Below, in pieces: positions 1 through 12,503 of a stretch of 64,000 nt of DNA. Each line of letters begins with the position of its first letter. The stretch's first letter is position 1. Both the position numbers and the translations under genes were made by a program. Source of the DNA: Pristiophorus japonicus (taxonomy: Eukaryota); the NCBI RefSeq assembly GCF_044704955.1, contig NC_091980.1:22320001-22384000 (forward strand), given 5' to 3'. The notes beneath the pieces are model-generated. The model did no database searches, was not told where the DNA came from, and saw only the letters and a list, made by a program, of their open reading frames with translations.

Positions 1-312
1 ATGCTTCACCCGGTGCCTGGAATGGTTTAGGATGATGGGTCATGCTGGATATGGGAGTCCCAGATAAGGGAGGTTCAATCTGTACAAGGTTATGTTGCAG
101 GGCACTAAATAACAATGAAACTTCTTTACCGCCACAAGTTTTAGCTCTGGTGCACAGATTCCATTGTGTAACGCCTGACTTAACGTCAACACTCCTCCAA
201 CTTACATTTTCGCCGAAACTTGCAGTCAGAGACACAAACTATTTTCAGTCACTAACTTTAACGACCCGTCACGATTAACGCCCCGAAATCACAAAAGCCC
301 AAAATCTAGCCC
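1..312. mobile_element. Right terminus of a Harbinger-type DNA transposon (rest lies upstream of the window)
   Basis: AAAATCTAGCCC at 301-312 is the reverse complement of the GGGCTAGAWWTT TIR seen at 42756 and 55096; it is preceded by repeated TAACG subterminal motifs. Confidence 0.65.
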
Positions 313-430
313 AAACAATCCAACCCAAGACATGGATTTCTCATTTATAATAAAAAAAAACATTGCCTTTTTAAGAATTACATCACTGTACACATGAACA
401 TGAAGGATGTTGGTAAATGTATCTACTTAC

Positions 431-525
431 ATTCTATCAAGCCATCAAGACTTCTTAGTGTGGGTCCGATCCGAGGCACAGCACTCTGCTCTATCTCTCT
501 CGCACGTAGACAGTATTTAACTGGA
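431..525 (-). CDS. Candidate host-gene exon (PVKYCLRAREIEQSAVPRIGPTLRSLDGLIE), unidentified
   Basis: Minus strand: cttcacatacag acceptor, 95-nt open exon (phase 2 to phase 1), strong GTAAGT donor at 430; non-repeat DNA; protein not recognised. Confidence 0.3.
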
Positions 526-572
526 CTGTATGTGAAGCGCGGTCTCATTATTGATGTTGCCGTCCACAGCAG

Positions 573-752
573 ATGACCAAAACCTTGGTCAAAGAGGATG
601 TTTAAGGAGTATTTTAAAGGAGGAGAGAGATAGGCGGGGAGGTTTAAGAGAGAACTCCAGAGCTTAAGGCAGAAAAAGCCAAAGGCACGGCCACCAATGG
701 TGAATGATTACAATCAGGGTTGCTCAAGAGGACAAAATTAGAGTAGTGCAGA
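573..752 (-). mobile_element. L2 LINE 3' end (first part, split by a CR1 nest)
   Basis: Reverse complement matches the L2 3' ends at 9481-9889, 15263-15585 and 54190-54558; continues at 4334. Confidence 0.8.
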
Positions 753-1018
753 TAAGAACATAAAAAAATCAGAAATAGGAGCAGGAGTAGGACATTTGAC
801 ATCTCGAGCCTTCTCTGCTATTTAATAAGATCATGCCGGATCTGATCATGGACTCAGCTCCACTTTCCTGCCTGCTCCCCATAACACTTTATTCCTTATC
901 GCTCAAAAATCTGTCTATCACCAACTTAAATATATTCACTATCACAACCTCCACAGCTCTCTGGGCAGAGAATTCCACAGATTTACCTCTGAGAGAAGAA
1001 ATTCCTCCTCATCTCAGT
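753..1018 (-). mobile_element. CR1 LINE 3' end (outer element, part 1)
   Basis: (CATAAGAA)-type tail then ataggagcaggagtagg CR1 3' UTR; resumes at 3234. Confidence 0.9.
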
Positions 1019-3233
1019 CCTGGACTTAAGGAAAAGTAACTTCGATGGTATAAGATGTGAATTGGCTAGAATAGACTGGTGAGTGATAATTAAAGGGTTC
1101 ATGGTGGATAGGCAATGGCAAACATTTAAAGATCACATGGATGAACTTCAACAATTGTACAACCCTGCCTGGAGTAAAAAAAAACGGAGAAGGTGGCTCA
1201 ACCGTTGCTAACAAGGGAAATTAAGGATAGTGTTAAAGCCAAGGAAGAGGCTTATAAATTGGCCAAAAAAAGCAACAAACCTGAGGACTGGGAGAATTTT
1301 GTAGTACAGCAGAGGAGGACAAAGGGTTTAATTAGGAGCGGGAAAATAGAGTATGAGAGGAAGCTTGCTAGCAATGCCAAAAACTGATTGCAAAACCTTC
1401 TATAGATATGTGAAGAGAAAAAGATTAGTGAAAACAAACGTAGGTCCATTGCAGTCAGATTCAGATAATTTATAATGGGGAACAAAGAAATGGCGGACCA
1501 GTTAAACAAATACTTTGGTTCTGTTTTCACGAAAGAAGATACAATTAACCTTCCGGAAATACTAGGGGACCAAGGTCTAGTGGGAAGGAGGAACTGAAGG
1601 AAATCCTTATTAGGAGGGAAATTCTGTTAGGGAAATTGATGGGAGTTAAAGCCGATAGATCCTCAGGGCCTGATAGTCTGCATCCCAGAGTACTTAAAGA
1701 AGTAGCCCTGGAAATAGTGGATGCATTGGTGATCATTTTCCAACAGTCTATTGACTCTGGATCAGTTCCTATGGACTGGAGGATAGCTAATGTAACACCA
1801 ATTTTTAAAAAAGGAGGGAGAGAGAAAATGGGTAATTATAGACCGGTTAGCCTGACATCAGTAGTGGGAAAAATGTTGGAATCAATTATTAAAGATGAAA
1901 TAGCGGCACATTTGGAAAGCAGTGACGGGATCGGTCCAAGTCAGCATGGATTTATGAAAGGGAAATCCTGCTTGACAAATCTTCTAGACTTTTTTGAGGA
2001 TGTAACTAGTAGAGTGGACAAGGGAGAACCAGTGGATGTGATGTATTTGGACTTTCACAAGGCTTTTGACAAGGTCCCACATAAGAGATTGGTGTGCAAA
2101 ATTAAAGCATATGGTATTGGGGGTAATGTACTGACGTGGCTAGAGAACTGGTTGGCAAACAGGAAACAGAGAGTCGGGATAAATGGGTACTTTTCAGAAT
2201 GGCAGGCAGTGACTAGTGGGGTGCCGCAGGGCTCAGTGCTGGGACCCCAGCTATTTACAATATACATTAATGATTTGGATGAGTGAATTGAGTGTAATAT
2301 CTCCAAGTTTGCAGATGACACTAAGCTGGGTGGTGGTGTGATCTATGAGGAGGATGCTAAAAGGCTGCAGGGTGACTTGGACAGGTTATGTGAGTGGGCA
2401 AACACGTGACAGATGCAGTATAATGTGGATAAATGTGAGGTTATCCACTTTGGTGGCAAAAACACGAAGGCACAATATTATCTGAATGGTGACAGATTAG
2501 GAAAAGGGAAGGTGAAATGAGACCTGGGTGTCATGATACATCAGTCATTGAAAGTTGGCATACAGGTACAGCAGGTGGTGAAGAAGGCAAATGGTATGTT
2601 GGCCTTCATAGCTAGGGGATTTGAGTAGGAAAGTCTTACTGCAGTTGTACAGGGCCTTAGTGAGGCCTCACCTGAAATATCGTGTTCAGTTTTGATCTCC
2701 TAATCTGAGGAAGGACGTTCTTGCTATTGAGGGAGTGCAGTGAAGGTTCACCAGACTGATTACCGTAATGGCTGGACTGACATATGAGGAGAGATTGGAT
2801 CGTCTGGGCCTGTATTCACTGGAGTTTAGAAGGATGAGAAGCGATCTCATAGAAACATGTAAAATTCTGACGGGACAGGTTAGATGCAGGAAGAATGTTC
2901 CCGATGTTGGGGAAGTCCAGGACCAGGGGACATAGTCTAAGGATAAGGGGTAAGCCATTTAGGACAGGGAGGAGGAGAAACTTCTTCACTCAGAGAGTTG
3001 TTAATCTGTGGAATTCCCTACCGCAGAGAGTTGTTGATGCCAGTTCATTGGATATATTCAAGAGGGAGTTCGATATAGCCCTTATGGCTAAAGGGATCAA
3101 GGGGTATGGAGAGAAAGCAGGAAAGCGGTACTGAGGTGAATGATCAGCCATGATCTTATTGAATGGTGGTGCAGGCTCGAATGGCCGAATGTCCTACCCC
3201 TGCACCTATTTCTATGTTGCTATGTTTCTATGT
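1019..3233 (+). mobile_element. 5'-truncated CR1 LINE, degenerate ORF2 reverse transcriptase
   Basis: RT motifs [13 protein letters not shown], YLDFx[19 protein letters not shown] (ORF 1636-2286 and downstream); TTCTATG tail; several stops. Confidence 0.95.
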
Positions 3234-4325
3234 TTAAATGGGTGACCCCTTATTCTGAGACTATACCCACTAGTTTTAGTTTCCCCAATGAGTGGAAATA
3301 TTCTCTCTGCATCCACCTTGTTGAGCCCCTTCATATTAGCTTATATGTTTCGATAAGATCACCTCTCATTCTTCTGAACTCCAATGAGTATAGGCCCAAC
3401 CTACTCAACCTATCTTTATAAATCAACCCCCGCATTTCGGGAATTAACCTAGTGAACCTTCTCTGAACAGCCTCCAATGCAAATATATCCTTCCTTAAAT
3501 ACGGAGACCAAAACTGTACTCAGTACTCCAGGTGTGGCCTTACCAATACACTGTACAGTTTAAGCAGGACTTCTCTGCTTTTAAACTCTATCCCCCTTGC
3601 AATAAAGGCCAACATTCCATTTGCCTTCCTGATTCCTTGCTGTACCTACATACTAACTTTTTGTGTTTCATACACAAGGAGCCCCAGGTTCCTCTGTACT
3701 GCAGCACTTTGCAATTTTTCTCCATTTAAATTATAATTTGCTTTTCTATTTTTTCTGTCAAAGTGGATAACCTCACAGTTTCCCACGTTATACTCCATCT
3801 GCCAATTTTTTGCCTACCCACTTAGCCTGTCTATATCCCTTTGCAGATTTTTTGTGTCCTCCTCACAATTTGCTTTCTCACCCATTTTTGTATCATCAGC
3901 AAACTTGGCTACATTATACTCGTTCCCTTCATCCAAGTCATTAATATAGATTGTAAATAGTTGAGGCCCCAGCACCGATCCCTGCGGCACCCCACTAGTT
4001 ACTGTTTGCCAACCGGAAAATTACCATTTATCCCGACTCTCTGTTTTCTGTTAGTTAACCAATCCAATATCACTGCTAAAATATTACCCCCAATTCTGTG
4101 AAGTTTTGTATTGTGCAGTAACCTTTTATGTGGCAACTTATCGAATGCCTTCTGGAAATCCAAATAAACCACATCCACTGGTTCTCCCTTAGCCTGCTCG
4201 TTCCATCCTAAAAATCTCCAGCAAATTTGTCAAACACAATTTCCTATTCATAAAACCATGCTGACTCTGCTTGATTGAATTATGCTTTTCCAAAAGTCCT
4301 GCTACTGTTTCTTTAATAATGGACT
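3234..4325 (-). mobile_element. CR1 LINE (outer element, part 2), RT region
   Basis: Resumes at ttaaatggg exactly where 753-1018 stops (catctcagt); RT motifs on the minus strand. Confidence 0.9.
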
Positions 4326-4333
4326 GAATAGTG

Positions 4334-4486
4334 AATATCTTAGAGGGTTGTAGGGCTGGAGAAGGTTACAAAAGATAGGGATGTGGGACGCATGGAGAGA
4401 TTTGAAACAAGGATGAGAATTTAAAATCTAGGCATTGCTGGACCGGGAGCCAATGTTGGCCAGCGAGCACAGCTGAACAGGACTTA
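4334..4486 (-). mobile_element. L2 LINE (second part)
   Basis: gagggttgtagggctggag...gatgagaattt is the collinear continuation of 573-752. Confidence 0.75.
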
Positions 4487-4489
4487 AAA

Positions 4490-6270
4490 TCTTAGAATCA
4501 TCGAAATTTACAGCATGGAAGGAGGCCATTTTGGCCCATCGTGTCTGTGCCAGCTGACAGAGCTATACAGTCTAAACCACTTTCCAGCTCTTGGTCCGTA
4601 GCCTTATAGGTTACGGTATTTCAAAGTGCATACCCAGGTAATTTTTAAATATAGTGAGGGTTTCTGCCCCTTTTCAGACAGTGAGTTCCAGACCCCCACC
4701 ATCCTCTGAGTGAAAAGATTTCCCCTCAAATCCACTCTAAACCTCAAACCAATTACTTTAAATCTATGCCCCCTGTTTGTTGACCTCTCTGCAAGGGAAA
4801 TAGATCATTTCTAGCCACTCTATCCAGGTCCCTCATAATTCTATACACCTCAATCAGGCCTGCTCTCAGCCTCCTCTGTTCCAAAGAAAACAATCTCAAC
4901 CTATCCAATCTGTCCTCATAGCTAAAATTCTCCAGTCCAGGCAGCTTCCTTGTAAATCTCATCTGTACCCTCTCTCCTCCAATTACATCTTTCCTGTAAT
5001 GTGATGACCAGAACTGCATACTGTACTCTAGCTGTGGCCTAACTAGTGTTTTATACAGTTCAAGCATTATCTTTCTGCTCTTGTATTCTATGCCTTGGCT
5101 AAAAACGGCAAGTATTTCATATGCCTTCTTAATCACCTTATCTACCTATCCTGCTACCTTCAGGGAACTGTGGATATGCACTCCAAGGTCCCTTGTTCCT
5201 CTGCACTTCTCAATGTCCTCCCATTTTTTGCGTATTCTCTTGCCTTGTTAACCCTCCCCAAATGCATTACCTCACACTTCTCTGGAATGAATTCCATTTG
5301 CCACTGTTCTGCCCACCTCACCACTTCATTGATATCTTCCTGCAGTCTACAGCTTTCTTCTTCATTATCAACCACACAGTCAATTTTTGTATTTTCTGCA
5401 AACTTCTTAATCATACCCTCTACATTCAAGTCTAAATCACTGTTATATACCACAAAAAGCAAGGGACCTAGTACTGAGCTCTGCGCAAACCCACTGGAAA
5501 CAGCCTTCCAATCACAAAATACCCATCAACCATTACCCTTTGCATTCTGCCTCTGTGTACATTTTGGCTCTAACTTGCCACTTTGCATTGGATCCCATAG
5601 GTTTTAACTTTTATGACCAGTCTGCCATGTCAGATCTTATCAGAAGCCTCACTAAAATCCATATAGACTACATGAAACGCACTGCCCTCATCGGCCTTCC
5701 TAGTTACCTCCTCAAAAAATGCAATCAAGTTAGTCAGATACGCCCTTCCATTATCAAATCTATGCCGACTGTCCTTGATTAGTCCGTGTCTTTCTAAATG
5801 TAGATTTATCCTCACTCTCAGAATTTTTTCCAATAATCTTCCCACCACCGAGGTTAGGCTGACTGGCTTGTAATTACTTGGTCTATCCCTTTCTCCATTT
5901 TTAAACAATGGTACAACATTAACAGTCCTCCAGTCCTCTGGCATCACACCTGTAGCGAGAGAGGATTGGAAAATAATGGTCAGAGCCTCTGCTACTTCCT
6001 CTCTTGCTTCTCTGAACAGCCTGAGGTACATTTCATCCAGGCCTGGGGATTTATCCACTTTCAATGATGCTAAACCTCTTAATACATCCTCTCTCATTAT
6101 GTTTATTTCATCTAGTATTTCACACTCTTCCTCCCTGATTTCAATGTCTGCATTGCCCCTCTCTTTTGTGAAAACACATGCGAACTATTCATTAAGAGCC
6201 ATACCCATGCCTTCCGCCTCTAGACACAAATTACCTTTAGGGACTCTAATAGGCCCTAACTCTTTCTTTA
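4490..6270 (-). mobile_element. CR1 LINE, second subfamily, degenerate RT
   Basis: Minus ORFs 5630-6097, 5160-5462 and 4753-5136 carry KSPGxD, NYKPVSLTS, RPQLEY and RRLRAGLIEVY; tail at 4490. Confidence 0.93.
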
Positions 6271-6454
6271 GTGACTTGCTGCAAGTTAGGACACGGGCTG
6301 GAAATGGTAGATTAGGAGAGGTGACGAAAAGCCAATATTACTTCAAAGACAATCAGAGGTGAAAGGACTTGCTACTAAGATTATTTGCTACTTCATTGCT
6401 CTCTCCGAAGGCCTTCACCACTTCTAACTGGAGCAGTTTTAAAATTGTTCTGGC

Positions 6455-6886
6455 ATGGCTCAGTTGGTGGTGCTTTTGCCTCTGAGTCAGAAAGTTGTGA
6501 GTTCAAGTCCTACTCCAGAGAGTTGAGTGCAAAAATATAAACTAACATTCCATTGCAGTACTGAGGGAATGCTGCACTGTCAGAGGTACTTCCTTTTGGA
6601 TGATACATTAGCCTGCTCTCAAAGGTGGACTTAAAAGATCCCATGACACTATTTCGACGAACGGCAGGGGAGTTCTCCCCAGTATTGTGACCAATATATA
6701 TCCCTCAATCCAGATCACAAAAACAGTATTCCTGGTCATTTTCACATTCCTGTTTGTGGAGCTTGCTGGTCGGAATTTGGCTACTGCATTTCCTACATTA
6801 AATCAGTGACTAAACTTCAAAAGTACTTCATTAGCTGCAAAGCGCTTTGGGACATCCTGAGGTCATGAAAGGCGCTATATAAATGT
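6455..6886 (+). mobile_element. tRNA-headed Deu-domain SINE (SacSINE1/AmnSINE1-related), near full length
   Basis: tRNA-like head with A box (tggctcagttggt) and B box (gttcaagtcc); central gatcccatg...gcaggggagttctcccc Deu-like domain; L2-like tail aaaggcgctatataaatg; homologous copies elsewhere in the window. Confidence 0.8.
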
Positions 6887-6965
6887 TTTTCGTTCAAATA
6901 AATTTAATGCAGTCGTATTGGGACTCTCTCTCTCCCTCCATTCAGGAATTTAAATTGTCGATAGT

Positions 6966-7366
6966 TCACTCCCTGTATCACCGGCGTACCGTGGCTGCGG
7001 TGTGTACCATCTCCAAGATGTACTGTAGAAACTCGCCAAGGCATCGTCGGCAGCACCTTCCAAACCCGCGACTTCTATCACCTAGAAGGGCAAGGCCAGC
7101 TGGTGCATGGGAACACCATCACCTCCCCGTTCCCCTCCAAGTCACACACCATCCTGACTTGGAAGTATATCATCGTTCTTTCATCGTCGCTGGGTCAAAA
7201 TCCTGGAACTCCCTCCCTAACAGCACTGTGTGGGAGTACCTTCACCTCATGGACTGCAGCGGTTCAAGAAAGTGGCTCACCACCATCTTCTCAAGGTCAA
7301 TTAGGGATGGGCAATAAATGCTGGCCTTGACAGTGATGCCCACATCCCATGAACACATTTTTAAAA
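6966..7366 (+). mobile_element. 3' end of a CR1/L2-group LINE (third family)
   Basis: Encodes HSLYHRRTVAAVCTI...W NSLP, typical of a LINE ORF2 C-terminus; second copy at 8437-9232. Confidence 0.75.
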
Positions 7367-7856
7367 AGATGTTAATGAAAGAAGTTAGCCTGGCTCAGCA
7401 ATCATGCCATTTAATACTTGAAAGCAGGACATTAATTGCATAATTATCTATCATATGTTGAAACATGGTTTCTGCGAGTTGCTGTATCTGGACTCTGCCG
7501 CTTGGGAGCTACTGCGTTGACTAAATTGGATTAAACTTTGTGCTGAGACAGAAATTTAATTGAACATTCGATAGCACAGAGAGGTGGGCGGGTGCAGTGG
7601 TAGAAAATAAAAGGGTGATTGAGAAATATTTTTAAATGGTATTTGGAATCCCACTTGTGTTGGTGGTGGGGAGGGGTGGGGGGGCAGATCTCGTGAGAGA
7701 TAAAGGAATCTTTCGCTTTGGAAAAACATAAAAAAAACTCAAGGCTTAACAATAGGAGAGAGGGTATTGTGATATAGGTGTACCAGGGAGACAAAGCAAA
7801 GACCAATACAGTCACTTTTGCAGTACTTTATGTCCCTTTTTATCTTGTACATTTAC

Positions 7857-7918
7857 TTGAACATATAATTGAGCAGATAATTGTAAAGATGAAAGTGATC
7901 CATATTATCCTCATCGCT
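7857..7918 (-). CDS. Candidate host-gene exon (SDEDNMDHFHLYNYLLNYMF)
   Basis: tcttggcttgcacacag acceptor, 62 nt (phase 0 to phase 2), GTAAAT donor; non-repeat DNA. An alternative frame reads MRIIWITFIFTIICSIICS (signal-peptide-like). Confidence 0.3.
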
Positions 7919-8436
7919 CTGTGTGCAAGCCAAGATACATTTGTCCTTGCATCGATCCAATTGATCAGAAGAGTGAAGAGCCCATTAGACCAATTTAATA
8001 AATATAATCAGACCGTGAACTGGAAATTCACTTCTCAAAGAACAGCCACATGCTGCATTGCAACCACAGTGCTTATTATATAATCTCACAAATGGCTTAA
8101 TGGGGGTCTTAATATATACTCTCAATCTATGCCTAAAGCCATAGGACACTCTCTAAGATCTCAGTATGGTTGATTTGTGGGATAAACTTAATAATGTCAT
8201 GCACTCTCTCTACTTTAGTGAGTATTTGTACACTGTGATCCTTCCACTTAAATGGGCCAGTAATGTAGCCTGTGGTGCCTGTACCACTGCAAACTACATT
8301 ATCGGCCATGGAAACTTGAAGCCTTCTCTGCACCCAGTGGGCAATGCATTTATCAGTGCGATCCGGAAGTACTTAGAGACTTCACGTAGGCTGTGCATCA
8401 GGCTTACTGCATCTACTTTTTATTTGTAAAAGCCAA

Positions 8437-9232
8437 CCTGAACAGTGGCCATCCAGGACAAAGCAGCCCGCTTGATTGACACCACCCACCAGTATAAACA
8501 TTCATTCCCTCCACCAGCGGCGCACCTTGGCTGCAGTGTGCACTCTCTACAAGACGCACTGCAGCAACTCGCCAAGGGTTCTTCGACAGCACCTCCCAAA
8601 CCCACGAAATATACACCCTAGAAGGATTAGGCAGCAGGTGCATGGAAACAACATCACCTGCAAGTTCCCCTCCAAGTTACACACCATCCTGACTTGGAAA
8701 TATATCGCCATTCCTTCTTTCAGGTAAGGCATTAAATCGAGGCCCCGTCTGCTCTCTTCAGGTGGATGTAAAAAATCCCATGACACTATTTCAATGAAGA
8801 GCAGGGGAGTTATCCGTGGTGTCCTGGCCAATATTTATCCCTCAATCAACATAACAAAAAAAACATTATCTAGTCATTATCACATCGTTGTTTGTGGGAG
8901 CTTGCTGTGCACAAATTGGCTGCCACGATGCCCACATTACAACAATGATGACACTCCAAAAAGTACTTCATTGGCTGTAAAGCGCTTTAAGACGTCCAGT
9001 GGTCGTGAAAGGCGCTATAGAAATGCAAGTCTTTATTTCTTTTTCCATCATCGTCGCTGGGTCAAAATCCTGGAACTCGCTCCCTAACAACACTGTGGGT
9101 GTATCTTCACCACGCGGACTGCAGCGGTTCAAGAAGGTGGCTCACCACTACCTTCTCGAGGGCAATTAGGGATGGGAAATAAATGCTGGCCTTGCCAGTG
9201 AGGCCCACATCCCAGGAACAAATAAAAAATAA
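8437..9232 (+). mobile_element. LINE 3' end (same family as 6966-7366) interrupted by a SINE
   Basis: HSLHQRRTLAAVCTLYK...; alignment to 6966-7366 breaks at about 8718 and resumes at about 9048. Confidence 0.8.
8719..9046 (+). mobile_element. 5'-truncated Deu-domain SINE
   Basis: Matches the 3' two-thirds of 6455-6886, ending aaaggcgctatagaaatgcaagtcttt. Confidence 0.8.
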
Positions 9233-9480
9233 TTTGAACTGGGCGTTCAACAAGCCATTACTTACCTTCTTAAAGAGGATCGTTCAATAAACAAACATGA
9301 CTGACATTTCCTGCTGTTTCTTTATTCGCTGATTAATAGTTTTTGGTAAAGAACTGGATAATTGTCAGCTTTTTGGTTTGCTGCTTAAGGCACATCAGTA
9401 CCCAGGTTCTTAAAGCTGGACTACCCTCTGCCACCTCAGCCTCTTGGCCCGGGGATATTTCATAGTGTGCTGCCTATGGC

Positions 9481-9889
9481 AATTTCAAAATTCTCATCTT
9501 TATTTTCAAATCTCTCCATGGCCTCACTCCTCCCTATCTCTGTAACCTCCTCCAGGCCCAAAACACCCTGCAATGTCTGCACTCCTCTAATTCTGTCCTC
9601 TTGAGCATTCCTGATTATAATCGCTCAAACATTGGTGGCCGTGCCTTCTGTTGCCTAGGCTACAAGCTCTGGAACTCCCTGCCTAAACCTCGCTGCCTCT
9701 CCAGCTCACTTTTCTCCTTCAAGACGCTCCTTAAAACCTACCTCTTTAACCAAGCTTTTGGTCACCTGCGCAAATTTTTACTTATGAGGCGCAGTGTCAA
9801 ATTTTCCACCTTATAATACTCCCATGAAGTGCCTTGAGATGTTTCACTACGTTAAAGGCACTATATAATTACAAGTTTTTGTTGTTGTT
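9481..9889 (+). mobile_element. L2 LINE 3' end
   Basis: GGRAF...LWNSLP...FKTLLKTYLF C-terminus (ORF 9601-9816); (TTG)n tail. Confidence 0.85.
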
Positions 9890-10557
9890 CTTGCATGGTT
9901 ATCTATCTGGGCATAGTTCCATTGTTGAAAGGTTTCGGAGAAGGCAGAAGGTCAATGAATGCTGAACATGTTTGCTGGCACCTATTTGTCACGTGCCTGC
10001 ACAGGCTTATGCAAGAAAACCACCTCTGTGCATCGGCAATGATTCCCCAAGGAAGCCATCACAGGAGTGAAATAGTGAAAGGCCCCTCACAGTAAATTGG
10101 GTCAATTTATGCACGCTCCCTACTGATTGCCTTCCAACATAATTTTACAGTTTCTGATAGCTGGGGCCCATTTCATTTCCACAATATTACATTTCCACAG
10201 GTATTGTACAAGTGACCAATGTTTGAGTTATTATTAAAAAGAAGTCAGGTTGATTGCATTGACTGAGCCTGCTGTAACTCCGGGGTATTGTGCTACAGGG
10301 AAATAACCGCTACAGATTGCTACTTGCATTGGCAGGAGCTGATAAATACACACTCGAAGGTTGCAATCAAATTACAGCAGCAAACAAGGACAGAACCGTA
10401 AATGCAATAAATAACTACAAAGGAGAATTTCTTCAGTATACAGAACAATGTGCTCTAAAAAATATTCTACGGAGCAGATTTTCACCCCATTGCATACATT
10501 GTAAAGAACCTGCCTGATTCTATTTAATTCGATAGAATGAAAATTAGACTGGTTCAT

Positions 10558-11193
10558 GAACATAAGAACATAAGAAATAGGAGCAGGAGTAGGCCATTTG
10601 GCCCTTCAAACCTACTCTGTCATTCAATAAGATCATGGCTGATCTTCTACCTCAACTCCACTTTCCTGCATTATCCCCATATCCCTTGATTCCCTTAATA
10701 TCCAAAAATCTATCGATCTCTGTCTTGAATATATACAACGACTGAACTTCCACAGCCCTATGGGGTAGAAAATTCCAAAGATTCACAATCATTTGAGTGA
10801 ACAAATGTTACCTCATCTCAGTCCTAAATGGCCGACACCTTATTCTGAGACTGTAACCCCTGGTTCTAGACTCCCCAACCAGGGGAAACAACCTCCCATC
10901 ATTTAGCCCATCAAGGCCTGTAAGAATTTTGTATGTTTTAATGAGATCACCTCTCATTCTTCTAAACTCTAGAGGATATAGGCCTAGTCTACTCAATCTC
11001 TCCTCATAGGACAATACCCCCATCCCAGGAATCCGTCTGATGAACATTCGTTGCACTTCCTCTATGGCAAGTATATAATTCCATAGGTAAGGTGACCAAA
11101 ACTGTAGACAATGCTCCAGGAGCAGTCTCTATATAATTACAGGAAGTCGTCTTTACTCTGATACTCAATTCCTCTTGTAATGAAGGCCAACGC
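10558..11193 (-). mobile_element. CR1 3' fragment
   Basis: (AACATAAG)n tail; ORF 10808-11056 YEERLSRLGLY...RRMRGDLI. Confidence 0.9.
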
Positions 11194-11204
11194 CTTTACT
11201 TACC

Positions 11205-12287
11205 TGCATAAAGTGCCACATGATAGGCTTGTCAGCAAAAATAAAATGGATAGTGGCAGCATGGTAACGAAACAGGCTAAGTGCCAGGAAACAGAGTAGT
11301 GGTGAACGGTTGTTTTTCAGACTGAAGGAAGGTATAGTCGTATTCCCCAGGGGTTGGTACTAGGACCACTGCTTTTCTTGATATATATTAATGACTTATA
11401 CTTGGGTGTACAAGGCACAGTTTCAAAATTTGCAGATGATACAAAATTTGGAAGTGTATTGAACAGTGAGAAGGATAGTGATAGACTTCCAGAGAACATA
11501 GATGGGCTGGTGAAATGGGCAGACATGTGGCAGATGAAATTTAACGCAGTAAAGTGCGAAGTGATACGTATTCGTAGGAAGAATGAAGAGAGGACTTATA
11601 AACTAAAGGGTACAAACCTAAAGGGGGTGCATGAAGAAAGAACTGGAGGTATATGTGCACAAATTGTTGAATGTGGCAGGGCAGGTTGAGATCCTGGGCT
11701 TCATGATGAACCGTTATAAAACATAGCTTCACCTCAACTGGGGCACTGTTTCCAATTCTGGACACCGCACTTTAGGAAGGATATGAAGTCCTTAGAGAGG
11801 GTGCAGAAAAGATTTACGAGAATGCTTCCAGGGATGAGGGACTTCAGTTATGTGGATAGATTAGAGAAGCTGGAGTTGTTCTCATTAGAGCAGAGAAGAT
11901 TGAGAGGAGATTTGATAGAGGTGTTCAAAATCATGAGGGGTCTGGACAGAGTAGATGGAGAGAAATGGTTCCCAGTGGTGGAAGGGACGAGAACCAGAGG
12001 ACACAGATTTAAGGTAATTGGCAAAGAACCAAAGGCGACATGGGGAAAAACGTTTTTACACAGCGAGTGGTTGGGATCTGGAATGCACTGACTGAAATGG
12101 TGCTGGAGGTAGATTCAATCATGGCTTTTAAAAGGGAATTGGATAATACCTGAAGGAAAACTATTTGCAGGGTTACAGGGAAAGGGCGCGGCAGTGGGAC
12201 TAGCTGAATTGCTCTTGTAGAGAGCCAGCTTGGGCTCGGCGGGCCGAATGGCCTCATTCTATGCTGTAACCATTCTATTCTATGATA
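11205..12287 (+). mobile_element. CR1 3' fragment (second subfamily)
   Basis: VLGPLLFLIYIND, KFADDTK, RRLRGDLIEVFK; ATTCTATG tail. Confidence 0.9.
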
Positions 12288-12380
12288 CTATAAGGCGTGT
12301 CCGTTGCTCCCCATTAGATTATCGATGGGTGGGGCGGAGATGGATGAAGACAAAAATTTACTACTATAAACTCTACAAAT

Positions 12381-12503
12381 CTACCTCACCCATCACCCAT
12401 GTGCTCGCTGACCAACATTGGCTCCCGTTTAAGCAATGCCTCGATTTTTTAGAATTCTCATCCTTTTTTTTAAATCCCTCCATGGTCTCACCCCCTCCCT
12501 ATC
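12381..12503 (+). mobile_element. L2 fragment (5' of the RTE insertion)
   Basis: SPITHVLADQHWLP L2 motif; continues at 15263. Confidence 0.75.

Noticed and set aside
6455-6530. tRNA gene
   Set aside because: A/B boxes run directly into the SINE body; no intact cloverleaf.
11190-11210. Twin-primed inverted LINE at the back-to-back CR1 junction
   Set aside because: Both halves have their own 3' tails and belong to different subfamilies.
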